A stretch of 64,000 nt of DNA from positions 3,150 through 67,149 of the forward strand of contig CAZQDE010000004.1 of NCBI GenBank assembly GCA_964591485.1, given 5' to 3'. Made by a program: the position numbers and the translations under genes. Positions 31,001 to 40,975 of this stretch are shown here, one piece after another. This DNA is from an uncultured Anaerolineaceae bacterium (GTDB taxonomy: Bacteria; Chloroflexota; Anaerolineae; Anaerolineales; E44-bin32). Below the pieces are notes generated by a model. It had not been told where the DNA came from. It did not search any database and worked only from the letters and a program-made list of their open reading frames with translations. Positions within the stretch are counted from its first letter, which is position 1; each line of letters opens with the position of its first letter.

Positions 31001-31033
31001 ACGCCGATAGGTTCGACCGGGCGAAGTTCATCC

Positions 31034-31076
31034 CCCGCCCCTGGTGATTTCCGGCACTATGGTCACCGGGGGCGGG
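31034..31076 (+). terminator. strong hairpin after the trxB relic / malic enzyme
   Basis: CCCGCCCCTGGTGA (31034-31047) pairs with TCACCGGGGGCGGG (31063-31076) at 13 of 14 bp, with a 15-nt loop. There is no U-tract. Confidence 0.35.
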
Positions 31077-31160
31077 AGGCTAGCATCTCGGATGAGAATT
31101 GCCTGAAAATTCTGTCGCCGCTGTGCCGGGCATGGCGGCGCCCTGGATGGAGTCAACCGG

Positions 31161-34100
31161 ATGCAACCCCCCACCAATGTCACCACCCTCCCCGGGGCTA
31201 ACGGCAAGGAAACCGCCGACAGCGTGCTGGTGATCGGCGGAGGCGTCGGTGGGATGCGCGCCGCCATCGATCTGGCGGAAGCCGGCATCCATGCCTACCT
31301 GCTGGAGTCCACCCCCTCACTGGGGGGACGTGTGGCCCAATTGGGTTTCATGTTCCCGACCCACGATTGCGTGCTCTGCCGTGGGACCTCCGATCACGGC
31401 TTCGGTTGCACCCGCCCCTCCATTACGCCTGCCCTGCTCGATCATAACCGTCACCCTAACGTTACCGTGCTCACCTCCTCTGATTTGGTAAGCTGCGAAG
31501 GAGAGGCCGGGGACTTCCGAGCCCGCATCCGCCAACGTCCGCAATATGTGGACCCGGCGCTTTGCACCAACTGCGGCCGCTGCGCGGAGGTTTGCCCCGA
31601 ATCGCGTCTGAGCGACTTCCAGCTTCGCCTTAGCACCCGCAAGGCAATCGACAAGTCGGCACCACGCTCCGTCCCCAACGCCTTTTACCTTCTGGAGCCC
31701 ACGGAACGCTGTGCGGATTGCGGTGCCTGCGTAGAGGTCTGCCCCACCCACGCCATCGACCTGAACGCCCAGCCTCGCGAGCTCGAGATCCATGTCGGCG
31801 CCGTGATCCTCGCCATGGGGTTCCAGCCCTTTGATCCGGTCGAAATGCCGGAACTTGGCTATGGCCGCATCCCCAATGTAATCACCTCGATGCAATACGA
31901 GCGTCTGGCCTCCCGCTCAGGCCCCACAGAGGGCATCGTACGGCGCATCTCTGATGGAGAAATCCCCCGGCGGATTGCCTGGCTGCAATGCGTAGGCTCA
32001 CGCGATCAGCGCAACGCATATTGCTCCTCCATTTGCTGCATGTACGCCACGAAGGAGGCCATGCTCGCCAAACAGCGCATCCCCGAGGTCGAATGTGCCA
32101 TCTTCACAATGGATGAGCGGGCCTTCAACAAAGAGTACAACCTCTACTACGAGCAAGCGCGCGATCTCTATGGTATCCACTACTATCGCTGTCGGATCTC
32201 GGGAGTGGAGGAGGACCCCGAGACCGGTGAGATCATTCTGCGATACCCCACGGGCCGCGCCCACGAGGAATCCGCGCCGGGGCAGGGTCCGATCCGCGAG
32301 GAGCGATTCGATCTCCTGGTCCTGGCGGTGGGCATCCGTCCGCCCTCGAAGGCGGTCGAAACCGCCCGTATCCTGGGCATCCAACTGAATCAGTTCGGCT
32401 TCTGCGAGACGGATAAATTCGCCCCGCTGGCCACCTCACGCCCTGGGATCTTCGTCTGCGGCGCCTTCGCCTCGCCCAAAGAGATTGCCGAGACCATTCT
32501 CGATGCCTCCGGCGCGGCGGCGGAGGCCATGCGCCTGCTGCGCGAGCATATCGGCGAGCGGCACTTCAGCCGGGCCCAGCCCTTTGTAAGCCAGGACGGC
32601 TTCACCGAGGAGCACAATGCTGCCGAGCCGCCTGCCATTGCGGTGGCACTCTGCGGTTGCGCCGGCGAGATCTCGGAGGTCATCGATCTGGATCGGGTCG
32701 CAGATGCAGCCGGCCGCCTTCCAGATGTGGTGGCCATCCAGCGGATGCCGCTGGCCTGTTTCCAGCCGGGCAGCACTCAGCTGCGCAGCTGGCTTGAATC
32801 CAGCGGTGCCAATCGCCTGGTCGTGGGCGCCTGCAGCCACCGCACACACGAGCCCTTCTTCCAGCGGCTCGTGGCCGAAGCGGGCCTGAATCCCTACTTT
32901 CTGGAGCTGGTCAACCTGCGCGAGCATTGCGCCTGGGTGCATGCCGATGACCCCGAAGGCGCCACCCATACCGCCATCGAACTGATCCGAATGGGCATTC
33001 ATCGGGCCCGGCAATCACAGCCGATCCACAAGCTTGCGCGGCAACCCGCGCTGGCCGCCCTGGTTATCGGCGGTGGAGTCAGCGGCATGACGGCAGCCTT
33101 GGCCATCGCCGACGCCGGTTTCGATGTCCATCTGGTTGAGCGCCAGGGCGAGTTGGGCGGCAACCTACACCACATCTATTACGTCGCCGAGGGCGAAAAT
33201 CCACAGCGACTCCTACGGGATCTCGTCAACCGCGTGGTCTCTCACGAGCGCATTCATCACTACCTGAATACCGAGGTTCAATCCCACACCGGCAGTGTGG
33301 GGGACTTTCGCGCTCGTCTGGTCACTCGCCGTCCCGAAGGGACCACCCTCGAGACGGAGATCCGCCACAGCGTCGTTATCCTGGCCACCGGCGCCAAGGA
33401 GGCCCGCGGCGGCGCTTATTGCCTCGGCAAGGATCCGCGTATCCTCCGCCAGACCGAGCTGGAAGAAGTGCTCACCCACCATCCCGAGCGCATCACCCAG
33501 ATGAAATGCGTTGTGATGATTCAGTGCGTCAAACCCGAGGATGGGGTCGATTATTGCTCACGCATCTGCTGCACCAACACGCTGAAGAACGCGCTGCGAT
33601 TGAAGATGCTCAACCCCGATTGCCAGGTGGTGATCCTCTACAAGAACATCATCACCTACGGCTTCCGCGAGCAGTACTATCTGGAGGCCCGGCGCCGAGG
33701 GGTGCTGTTCGTCCGCTACACAGAGGACCAGCCGCCCGATGTGCGCCTGCAGATGAGCGGGGCGCGCGAGAAGCTGACCGTATCTGTCCCGGAGCACATC
33801 TTTGGCCGGACGCTCGAATTTGAGCCTGACCTGCTGGCCTTGAGCATGCCTATCGTGCCCTCGCGCGGAACGCGTGCGCTGGCGGAGATGCTCAACCTGC
33901 CACTCTCCCGCGAAGGTTTCTTCCTCGAGACCCACCTGAAGATGCGCCCTATGGAGTTCCACGACGAGGGCATCTATCTTGCCGGCATGGCGCACTACCC
34001 CAAGTTCATCGAGGAATCTATCACCCACGCCCTGGCCTGTGCCGGGCGGGCCATCACGGTGCTGAGCCGACCCCAGCTGCACTTCGGCGGCGTGGTCGCG

Positions 34101-34361
34101 GAGGTCGATGCCAGCCGCTGCACCGGCTGCCTGACCTGCGTGCGCACCTGCCCCTTCGGGATCCCCGAGATGCGCTACGATCAATCCGGCGTCGGCGGCC
34201 TGGGAGGTGCTGCCTGGATCGATCCCGCCCGCTGCCAAGGCTGTGGCACCTGCACCGCAGAATGCCCTGCGAAAGCGATACAGCTCCGGCATTACCGGGA
34301 TGAACAGATTCGCATCGGGCTCGGTACTTGGGCCCAGCATACGGAGGCCGCGCATGGCTGA
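31161..34361 (+). CDS. hdrA: tandem double-HdrA-like flavo-iron-sulfur protein (no GltD insert)
   Basis: Two FAD motifs (VLVIGGGVGGMRAA; ALVIGGGVSGMTAA), ferredoxin CxxCxxCxxxCP motifs, HdrA signatures (LQCVGSRD, CSxICC), and a C-terminal dicluster ferredoxin. Confidence 0.85.
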   Translation: MQPPTNVTTLPGANGKETADSVLVIGGGVGGMRAAIDLAEAGIHAYLLESTPSLGGRVAQLGFMFPTHDCVLCRGTSDHGFGCTRPSITPALLDHNRHPNVTVLTSSDLVSCEGEAGDFRARIRQRPQYVDPALCTNCGRCAEVCPESRLSDFQLRLSTRKAIDKSAPRSVPNAFYLLEPTERCADCGACVEVCPTHAIDLNAQPRELEIHVGAVILAMGFQPFDPVEMPELGYGRIPNVITSMQYERLASRSGPTEGIVRRISDGEIPRRIAWLQCVGSRDQRNAYCSSICCMYATKEAMLAKQRIPEVECAIFTMDERAFNKEYNLYYEQARDLYGIHYYRCRISGVEEDPETGEIILRYPTGRAHEESAPGQGPIREERFDLLVLAVGIRPPSKAVETARILGIQLNQFGFCETDKFAPLATSRPGIFVCGAFASPKEIAETILDASGAAAEAMRLLREHIGERHFSRAQPFVSQDGFTEEHNAAEPPAIAVALCGCAGEISEVIDLDRVADAAGRLPDVVAIQRMPLACFQPGSTQLRSWLESSGANRLVVGACSHRTHEPFFQRLVAEAGLNPYFLELVNLREHCAWVHADDPEGATHTAIELIRMGIHRARQSQPIHKLARQPALAALVIGGGVSGMTAALAIADAGFDVHLVERQGELGGNLHHIYYVAEGENPQRLLRDLVNRVVSHERIHHYLNTEVQSHTGSVGDFRARLVTRRPEGTTLETEIRHSVVILATGAKEARGGAYCLGKDPRILRQTELEEVLTHHPERITQMKCVVMIQCVKPEDGVDYCSRICCTNTLKNALRLKMLNPDCQVVILYKNIITYGFREQYYLEARRRGVLFVRYTEDQPPDVRLQMSGAREKLTVSVPEHIFGRTLEFEPDLLALSMPIVPSRGTRALAEMLNLPLSREGFFLETHLKMRPMEFHDEGIYLAGMAHYPKFIEESITHALACAGRAITVLSRPQLHFGGVVAEVDASRCTGCLTCVRTCPFGIPEMRYDQSGVGGLGGAAWIDPARCQGCGTCTAECPAKAIQLRHYRDEQIRIGLGTWAQHTEAAHG

Positions 34362-34584
34362 AACGGCTCACGCAGACAGCAACGGTCGCTTCCATGCCTC
34401 CTTAGAGGAGACCCTTTGCGATGGCCGCGGGCTTTGCTTCCCGGTCTGCAAACATGGTGCCTTGCTCACCGTGCCGGGTGAACGCATGCCCTTGGTGGAC
34501 GCATATGACTGCACGGGTTGCGGCGACTGCGTGACTACTTGTCCCACCGGGGCACTGCAAATCCAATCCAGGATCCGGGTATGA
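34354..34584 (+). CDS. small 4Fe-4S ferredoxin-like protein
   Basis: 76 codons containing CTGCGDCVTTCP plus CDGRGLCFPVC. Its ATG overlaps the hdrA stop (ATGGCTGA) and its stop overlaps the mvhD start (ATGA). Confidence 0.55.
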   Translation: MAETAHADSNGRFHASLEETLCDGRGLCFPVCKHGALLTVPGERMPLVDAYDCTGCGDCVTTCPTGALQIQSRIRV

Positions 34585-35015
34585 CCGACCCATCCAAGTT
34601 TTCCCCCGAAATCACCCTCTTCACATGTATCTATTGTGGCTACATGGCCGCCGATACGGCTGGCGCGCTGCGCCAGAGCTACCCCGCAAACGTGAAGATC
34701 GTCCGTCTCCCTTGCACCGGCAAGGCCGATGTTCAATACTTGCTGGACGCCTTCGAAGAGGGCGCCGATGGCGTCATGATCGTTGCCTGCAGCTTGGGCA
34801 ATTGCCATCATGAGCATGGCAACGAACGCGCCACCGCCCGTGTCGAACGCACCAAGGCGCTGCTCGCCTCCATCGGCCTTGAGCCGGAGCGTCTTGCCAT
34901 ATACTATGTATCGGGCGGGATGGGCGCGACCTTCGCCGAGAACATCCGGGCGATGACCGCGCAACTGCAGGAACTCGGGCCCAGCCCGCTGAAAGTTCCC
35001 GCCCAAAAGGCCTAG
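34581..35015 (+). CDS. mvhD: MvhD (methyl-viologen-reducing hydrogenase delta subunit)-like protein, Cys form
   Basis: FTCIYCGY...LPCTGK...GADGVMIVACSLGNCHH aligns with the other two MvhD copies in the window. Confidence 0.85.
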   Translation: MTDPSKFSPEITLFTCIYCGYMAADTAGALRQSYPANVKIVRLPCTGKADVQYLLDAFEEGADGVMIVACSLGNCHHEHGNERATARVERTKALLASIGLEPERLAIYYVSGGMGATFAENIRAMTAQLQELGPSPLKVPAQKA

Positions 35016-35073
35016 TACGACATTCACCGACGCCTATGCGGCCTGAGCTGAAGCGCTCCATGGTGGCCGCGGC

Positions 35074-38000
35074 TCAATAGTCCAGTTCTCTCCCCAGGAT
35101 CATCAAGGAGAGTGCGAAGACTCTGCCAGCTTCTTCCAGCTGCTTCTCGTCAATCCGGTCGGGAGTGTCCTCCCTAGTTGCGGAGATCGTCTCCCACCCT
35201 GCCCGTGAGATGATGATGCGCGGAACCTGCTCGCCGCTCTCAAGCCCGCTGCCATCCCGGAATAGCCTCCCCACATCCATACTCTCGCGCACCAGACTCA
35301 CGGAAACACCTTGACGAGCTGCTGCGCGCTCGAAGAGCTGCGCCAGGCGCAGGCTTCCAAATGACTTCACCTCCAGATCCGAGCCACCCGAGCCAACGGC
35401 CCGCACTTCGATTACACCTTTGAGATCATAGAACCGGTCGAAACCATGCTTCGAGACGAGAAACTGCCCAACATCCTCCGCCGAAACCTGGCCACCACCC
35501 TCCCAGCCCTCACCGCTATAGGCGACGAAGAGAAAGGTGCGGTAAGGTTGGTATCCCGTTTCCTGGAGTGCGCGGATGGCCTCCAGCATCACGGCCACAC
35601 CGCTGGCATTGTCGCTGGCGCATGGAAGCGATTGCTGCCCCAGGGGAGCAGGCGGGCAGTCATATTTGGCCAACACCACAAACAGCTCTTGGTCCATGCC
35701 CTCGTATTCGTTGCTCACTACGCCCTGAAGATGGCCAATGACGTTCATAGTGGGAACGTTCTCATGATTCACACCTTGGATATCGATAACCGCCTCAACG
35801 CCAAGGTCAATCTCAAGTCTTTCCTCCTCTCCGAGCTCCAGGAAGGCCTGGCGCAATTCCCGCACCGTCTTCCCAGCGGGTTCCAGCAGTCGATTGGCCA
35901 CCACCTCACTCACCCATAGAGCTGGCGCCTCTCTCCCCCCTGCCGGGAATGGAGAAAGTGCATAATGCTGTTGCAGGACCTCCGGCGATGCGGCGATGAC
36001 CAGCGCGCCGCCATGAGGGATCTGGTCCAGATAGAACATATCCTCTTCAAAGACCAGCAGGATTTGATCGCGGAAATCCAAATCTTCCAGGTCATAATAG
36101 CGGTAGCCGAGCTGAGTATAGGAACGCACCCTTCCGAGGCCCAGGAATCGAAACGGTGCCGCAGCGTGTCCGGCGATGGTGTTCCTGCTTGGATAGACGT
36201 TGAAATCTTCTTGAAATCGCAACGGCTCCCCGCCGTCATTCAATTGGAGAACAGGTTGGGCTGCCAGCACTTGAAAATCCCGCCGGCGCGGCTGAAAATA
36301 GGTGAAGGTTTCACCCGCGGGTTGCAGCCCAAGACGTTCGAAGCTCTCGGCGATCCATTCCGCCGCAACCTGCAGGCCCAAGGTTCCGAGGTTGCGTCCT
36401 TCCGCCGCGGGCGCCGTCAAAGCCTCGATATCGACCTTTGCCGCCTTTCCCTCGAAGGTACGGGCATTCTGCTGATAGGCCACGATCGATCCGGTGCTCC
36501 CCTGGATCCAGAAGATCGCCGCCACCAGCCCTGCAGCCAACGCCAAGGTATAGCGATTGAGTATCCGCATCACATGGACCCCAACCTGATCAATCAACTT
36601 TCGAATACCCTCTCCGAAAAGATTGAACGCAAGGATCGCACCGAAGAACGCCAGTCCGGGATAGAGACCCATCCATGGGTAGCCCCTCGCATATGTGCGC
36701 ACATTGCTCAGAAGCGACCCCCACTCGGGTACATCCGAATAATGAAATAGAGGCGCCATCCACTCCAGCTCAGCGAAGATCCCGCCCCCGATGAAAATGC
36801 CCACAAAACCCAGCTCCCCCAAGAGCATGAGCGCGGCGCCCATTTCGATCGTCGTGATCGAAACCAGCGAAGGCAACAGGTTGGGCCAGATGTGCCGCGT
36901 GATGATCCCGATGGAGGAAGTTCCGACCGCCGCAGCGCTCTCGACAAATTCCGCCGGCCTAAGGCGCATTACTTCCGCCCGCACAAATTGTATGATCTCC
37001 CCCCATCCCACCAGGCTCAGGGCCAGGATGAAAGGGGGCATCCCATTTCGAATATTGAAGGCCAGGATAAGCACCATGGCCAGGAGCAGGGCCGGGAAAG
37101 CCGCCAGCACCTCCACCAGCGCCAAGGCCAAGCGGTCAATCCAGCTCCCGCTCCACCATCCTGCCAACGCGCCCAGGGCCGTTCCAAGCACCAGCCTTCC
37201 CAGCACCGACAGGGCGGCGAGCAGCATGGTTTGACGCGCTCCGGCCATAATGAGGCTCATGAGGTCCCGTCCCAAGAGATCGGTCCCCAATGGGTAAGTC
37301 TCACTTGGCGGAAAAGGAGGCACAGAAAACTCTCCATTCCCCAAGACGAGACCCCTAGTGGTATAGGGGGAATGTGGGGTTAAGGAGGCCCCAAAGAGCA
37401 CTAGGAAGATGAGCCCCAGCACAAGCAGCCCCCCCAGCATCAACCCTGGGTTGCCCAAGGTGGCTCGGGCCCACAGTCGGCGCGGCATGCGTCTAGTCTC
37501 ATCAAGCTCCTCCAGGCGCATGCCCTTGGCGAGTTCGGCCAAGGGTGGCAATCCGTCTTCGTCTCGCCCTCGTGCGATCAGGTGTCCCAGCCTCGAGCGC
37601 CTCACGATTCCCCATATTGCTTCCGGGATCTCTCTCAGAGCATCGCCAATGCGACCACGGGCGCGCCGAACATCCGCACTTCCCTGGCCCCGCAAACGAG
37701 GGTCACAAAGCCCGTAGCTTGCCTCCAAGAGCAAGTTCACCAGCAGGAAGGCCGCCACTAGGCAGAGCAGCATCCCAGCCGCGAAATCAGCCTCATTCGT
37801 CGCGATGGCCTTCAGCAGGTAGAAGCCCAGGCCCTGCCAGCCGAAGAAGTACTCAACCACCGGGAGGCTGATGAGCGAATAGCGCAAAGCCACGCCGATA
37901 GTTGTCAGAACCGGCACGGCGGCGTTGCGCATCACATGCTTCCCAAGGATCCAGGCCGGTGTCAGGCCCTTGCTGTGGGCGGTGCGTATGTACTCCTGAT

Positions 38001-38835
38001 CAAGGATTTCTGCGAAGCAGACATTCGCAACGCGAGCAATCTGTGCCAGCGGACGCGCTGCCAATACCAGTATGGGGAGCACTAGATGGGCATCCCACCC
38101 CATTCCGCCTACAGGAAGGACCGTTCGCCCTGTGGCTTGGGTCAGTCGGATGACCAGCATCTGCAACAGCAGCGCTACGAAAAAACTGGGAAGCGACATT
38201 CCTATCGAGGAGAGCAAAACGATGGGAAGAGACCAGAGAGCCCTCCTCCCTCGCGCGCTCCATAACCCCAGAGGCAGACCCAAAAGCGCAGCCAGCGCCA
38301 GGGCGCCAAATAGCAGCGCAAAGCTGCGCCCCACAATCTCAGGAAGAATCTCCAGAACAGGCCTGGGCAGACGTGAGAAGCCATATTCGCCCGTCTCACC
38401 CAGATCGCCATGGGAGAGACGCAGCACATACGCCCCTGTGCGCTCTATGGCGGAAGCTGCGGCCGCATCGAAGGGCTGTCCACTTGCCATCCCCAACCCA
38501 AAGAAGGTCAGCCAGAGGACCGCCAGGCAGGTCAGGATGACCATGCTCGCCCGGCCCGTGAGCAGACCGAGCCATCTCCGGATGGCCGCCGCCTTTACTA
38601 GCGTTCTTGTCTGTGGCGGCCGGGGGGCCTGCCCTGGAATCGCAGGGATGATCGCCTCGGTGGGCTGAATACCTGGGGATGTGTGTCCGCGGGGTTCCAC
38701 TCGGATGAGCCGACGGAATCGCGCTACCGGGTCTTCTTCTGTGGTTTCGGGATGGCTTGGCATGACGGCGCTCGATTCACGTTTGACTCCTATGCATGCG
38801 CAACTCCAGTCTCGAGAATGCGACTTCCGAGGCAC
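35074..38835 (-). CDS. fusion protein: DppB/OppB-like permease + DppC/OppC-like permease + C-terminal M28-peptidase-like domain
   Basis: Permease 1 has EYIRTAHSKGLTPAWILGKHVMRNAAVP. Permease 2 has FVESAAAVGTSSIGIITRHIWPNLLP. The C-terminal part contains ASDNASGVAVMLEAIRAL (M28-like). The true start may be the second ATG at 38763. Confidence 0.75.
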   Translation of the reverse strand: MPRKSHSRDWSCACIGVKRESSAVMPSHPETTEEDPVARFRRLIRVEPRGHTSPGIQPTEAIIPAIPGQAPRPPQTRTLVKAAAIRRWLGLLTGRASMVILTCLAVLWLTFFGLGMASGQPFDAAAASAIERTGAYVLRLSHGDLGETGEYGFSRLPRPVLEILPEIVGRSFALLFGALALAALLGLPLGLWSARGRRALWSLPIVLLSSIGMSLPSFFVALLLQMLVIRLTQATGRTVLPVGGMGWDAHLVLPILVLAARPLAQIARVANVCFAEILDQEYIRTAHSKGLTPAWILGKHVMRNAAVPVLTTIGVALRYSLISLPVVEYFFGWQGLGFYLLKAIATNEADFAAGMLLCLVAAFLLVNLLLEASYGLCDPRLRGQGSADVRRARGRIGDALREIPEAIWGIVRRSRLGHLIARGRDEDGLPPLAELAKGMRLEELDETRRMPRRLWARATLGNPGLMLGGLLVLGLIFLVLFGASLTPHSPYTTRGLVLGNGEFSVPPFPPSETYPLGTDLLGRDLMSLIMAGARQTMLLAALSVLGRLVLGTALGALAGWWSGSWIDRLALALVEVLAAFPALLLAMVLILAFNIRNGMPPFILALSLVGWGEIIQFVRAEVMRLRPAEFVESAAAVGTSSIGIITRHIWPNLLPSLVSITTIEMGAALMLLGELGFVGIFIGGGIFAELEWMAPLFHYSDVPEWGSLLSNVRTYARGYPWMGLYPGLAFFGAILAFNLFGEGIRKLIDQVGVHVMRILNRYTLALAAGLVAAIFWIQGSTGSIVAYQQNARTFEGKAAKVDIEALTAPAAEGRNLGTLGLQVAAEWIAESFERLGLQPAGETFTYFQPRRRDFQVLAAQPVLQLNDGGEPLRFQEDFNVYPSRNTIAGHAAAPFRFLGLGRVRSYTQLGYRYYDLEDLDFRDQILLVFEEDMFYLDQIPHGGALVIAASPEVLQQHYALSPFPAGGREAPALWVSEVVANRLLEPAGKTVRELRQAFLELGEEERLEIDLGVEAVIDIQGVNHENVPTMNVIGHLQGVVSNEYEGMDQELFVVLAKYDCPPAPLGQQSLPCASDNASGVAVMLEAIRALQETGYQPYRTFLFVAYSGEGWEGGGQVSAEDVGQFLVSKHGFDRFYDLKGVIEVRAVGSGGSDLEVKSFGSLRLAQLFERAAARQGVSVSLVRESMDVGRLFRDGSGLESGEQVPRIIISRAGWETISATREDTPDRIDEKQLEEAGRVFALSLMILGRELDY

Positions 38836-39026
38836 AGGGCGCTATGGGTCATAGGATATACCAATCTGCGCGCCCGTTCGGGTTTCGCTCCAGCACATGC
38901 TCGGGACCTGGCATCCTCTTGCGCCTGGCTTGCCCAATCGGGAGCCAATTGGCACTATCATTAATGGGCTATTTCGGGAATAATGATAGTACCAATGACC
39001 TTACTGGACCCAAGGATACACGGACG

Positions 39027-40553
39027 ATGATGAGGATCCCACTCGACCGGGAAAGCGAAATCCCGCTCTATCGGCAGATCCAGCGATTCCTGGCTGAGCA
39101 GATTCAAGCCGGCTCGCTGTCTCCCGACACACGTCTGCCCGCGACCAGGGAGCTCGCCGCGGCATTGGGGGTCGGCCGCATCACCGTCGCCAATGCCTAC
39201 GCCGAGTTGCAGGCCGATGGCCTGATCTATACACGCCCTGGCAGTGGCACATTCGTGGCATCCCCACTCATACCCTTGGGCTCGCGAAACGCAAAACAAG
39301 CCACGCTCACCGATTGGCCACTCTGGCAGCAGAGCCTCCTGGCGCGAACATGGCACCCTGCATACCAGCACCTGCGCGAGATACTCTCTGAGATCGACCA
39401 TCCGGATCCGATATCCTTCGCTGCCGGGCTAGGCGCTCCAGAGTTCTTCCCGGCGGAGGAATTCAGGAAATCACTGAACGCCGCAATGCGCCGTGAGGGC
39501 CAGGCCTGCTTCGATTATGGCGATCGTGCTGGCTACCCCCCGCTCCGCGAGGATGTGGCGCGCATACTCAGCAACCAGGGCATCCCTAGCTCACCCGACG
39601 AGGTGCTCATTACGAATGGCTCCCAGCAGGCCATCAGCCTTGTCGCCCGATTGCTGATCAGGCCCGGCGATGCCGTGCTGGTGGAAAGCCCGACCTACAT
39701 CAACGCCATCGACCTCTTCCGCTCGATGGATATTCGCGTCATCGGCATTCCCATGGATGAGCAGGGCATGGATCTCCATGCCGCGGAGGAGGCGCTCAGC
39801 GTGCATCGCCCCCGCCTGATTTACACCATGCCAACATTTCAAAACCCCACGGGGATCTGCATGAGTGGGCATCGTCGTCGGCAATTGATCGAATTGGCTC
39901 ACCGCTTCCAGGTGCCTATTCTGGAGGATGATTGCTTCGGGGATCTGCGTTACGAGGGTCCTGCGCTGCCAGCGCTGAAGGCACTCGACCCTGATGGCTA
40001 TGTGATCTACGTTAACACGTTTTCGAAAATCCTTATGCCCGGATTGAGAATTGGCTACCTGGTCGCCTCTGGCCCGGTATATAGCCGACTACTTGACTGC
40101 AAGAATGTCCTCGACCTTGCCACCAGCCAGCCCATCCAGCGGGGTCTACAGGCCTACATCTCTGTCGGCCGCTATCAGACCCATCTGCGCCGCGCCTGCC
40201 GCGTATACCGCCAGCGCCGCGATGCCGCTCTGGAGGCACTCGCTTCCCATATGCCCACGGGCGTGCGTTGGCTTGTCCCGAGGGGAGGGCTTTTCCTTTG
40301 GCTTGAGCTTCCAGATCCTTGGAGCGCCGATGACCTCTTTCCAGTCGCCGCTGCAGAGGGGGTGGTCTTTGCGCCCGGTTCTCACTTCTTCCCCGCCGAA
40401 CGCAGCCAGCCCTGTCTGCGGCTCAATTTCGTGATCCATCCACCAGAGCGCGCTCGCGAAGGGATAAAGCGACTGGGGATCGCCATGCACAAGTGGATGC
40501 AAGGGTTGCGACCTTCGCATCGCGAAATGCCCGACCGGCGCGTTGCGGTCTGA
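39027..40553 (+). CDS. MocR/PdxR-type regulator (GntR wHTH fused to a fold-type I aminotransferase domain)
   Basis: IPLYRQIQRFLAEQI...LPATRELAAALGVGRITVANAY, then an aminotransferase domain (YGDRAGYPPLRE...TFSK). ATG at 39027. Confidence 0.85.
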   Translation: MMRIPLDRESEIPLYRQIQRFLAEQIQAGSLSPDTRLPATRELAAALGVGRITVANAYAELQADGLIYTRPGSGTFVASPLIPLGSRNAKQATLTDWPLWQQSLLARTWHPAYQHLREILSEIDHPDPISFAAGLGAPEFFPAEEFRKSLNAAMRREGQACFDYGDRAGYPPLREDVARILSNQGIPSSPDEVLITNGSQQAISLVARLLIRPGDAVLVESPTYINAIDLFRSMDIRVIGIPMDEQGMDLHAAEEALSVHRPRLIYTMPTFQNPTGICMSGHRRRQLIELAHRFQVPILEDDCFGDLRYEGPALPALKALDPDGYVIYVNTFSKILMPGLRIGYLVASGPVYSRLLDCKNVLDLATSQPIQRGLQAYISVGRYQTHLRRACRVYRQRRDAALEALASHMPTGVRWLVPRGGLFLWLELPDPWSADDLFPVAAAEGVVFAPGSHFFPAERSQPCLRLNFVIHPPERAREGIKRLGIAMHKWMQGLRPSHREMPDRRVAV

Positions 40554-40574
40554 GAAAACGTTGTGAGGTGCGAT

Positions 40575-40820
40575 ATGCTGACCTTCCGAGATGTTGCGGT
40601 CGATTCGGCCCACCGGGCGGCCATGATGGAGGAGGCGGAACGCGAACGTCTGATCCGTGCGCTGGAAAACGAGCGCCGCGGCACGCGGCCGATCGGCTTG
40701 CGCCTCCGCCTCTATATCGCAAGCCGCTTGCTCGCCTGGGGCTGGGCACTGATACGGCAAGCCGAGGTTCAGGGCGTGCTGATCGCGTTAGGCACGCAGA
40801 ACGGCCGCAGCGCATACTAG
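40575..40820 (+). CDS. hypothetical small protein with one hydrophobic helix
   Basis: ORF only; no family recognised. GAGGTG lies shortly upstream of the ATG. Confidence 0.25.
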   Translation: MLTFRDVAVDSAHRAAMMEEAERERLIRALENERRGTRPIGLRLRLYIASRLLAWGWALIRQAEVQGVLIALGTQNGRSAY

Positions 40821-40975
40821 CGCAAGCCATGGTTTGCGATTGTCTGGACCACTGGGCCGAGTGAACCTTAGCGAGCCTTGCTATGTAGATTCATTGCACG
40901 AGCTGCGGCCATATTGCCGCTCGCGTGCCCATTTCCCGGGCACACCCGTTCGCTAAACGCGGAAAGGATCCTCCG

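Noticed and set aside
30959-31201. 80-aa ORF as an independent gene
   Set aside because: Its N-terminal part is the frameshifted continuation of the trxB-like relic. The rest runs through a hairpin and into the hdrA start region.
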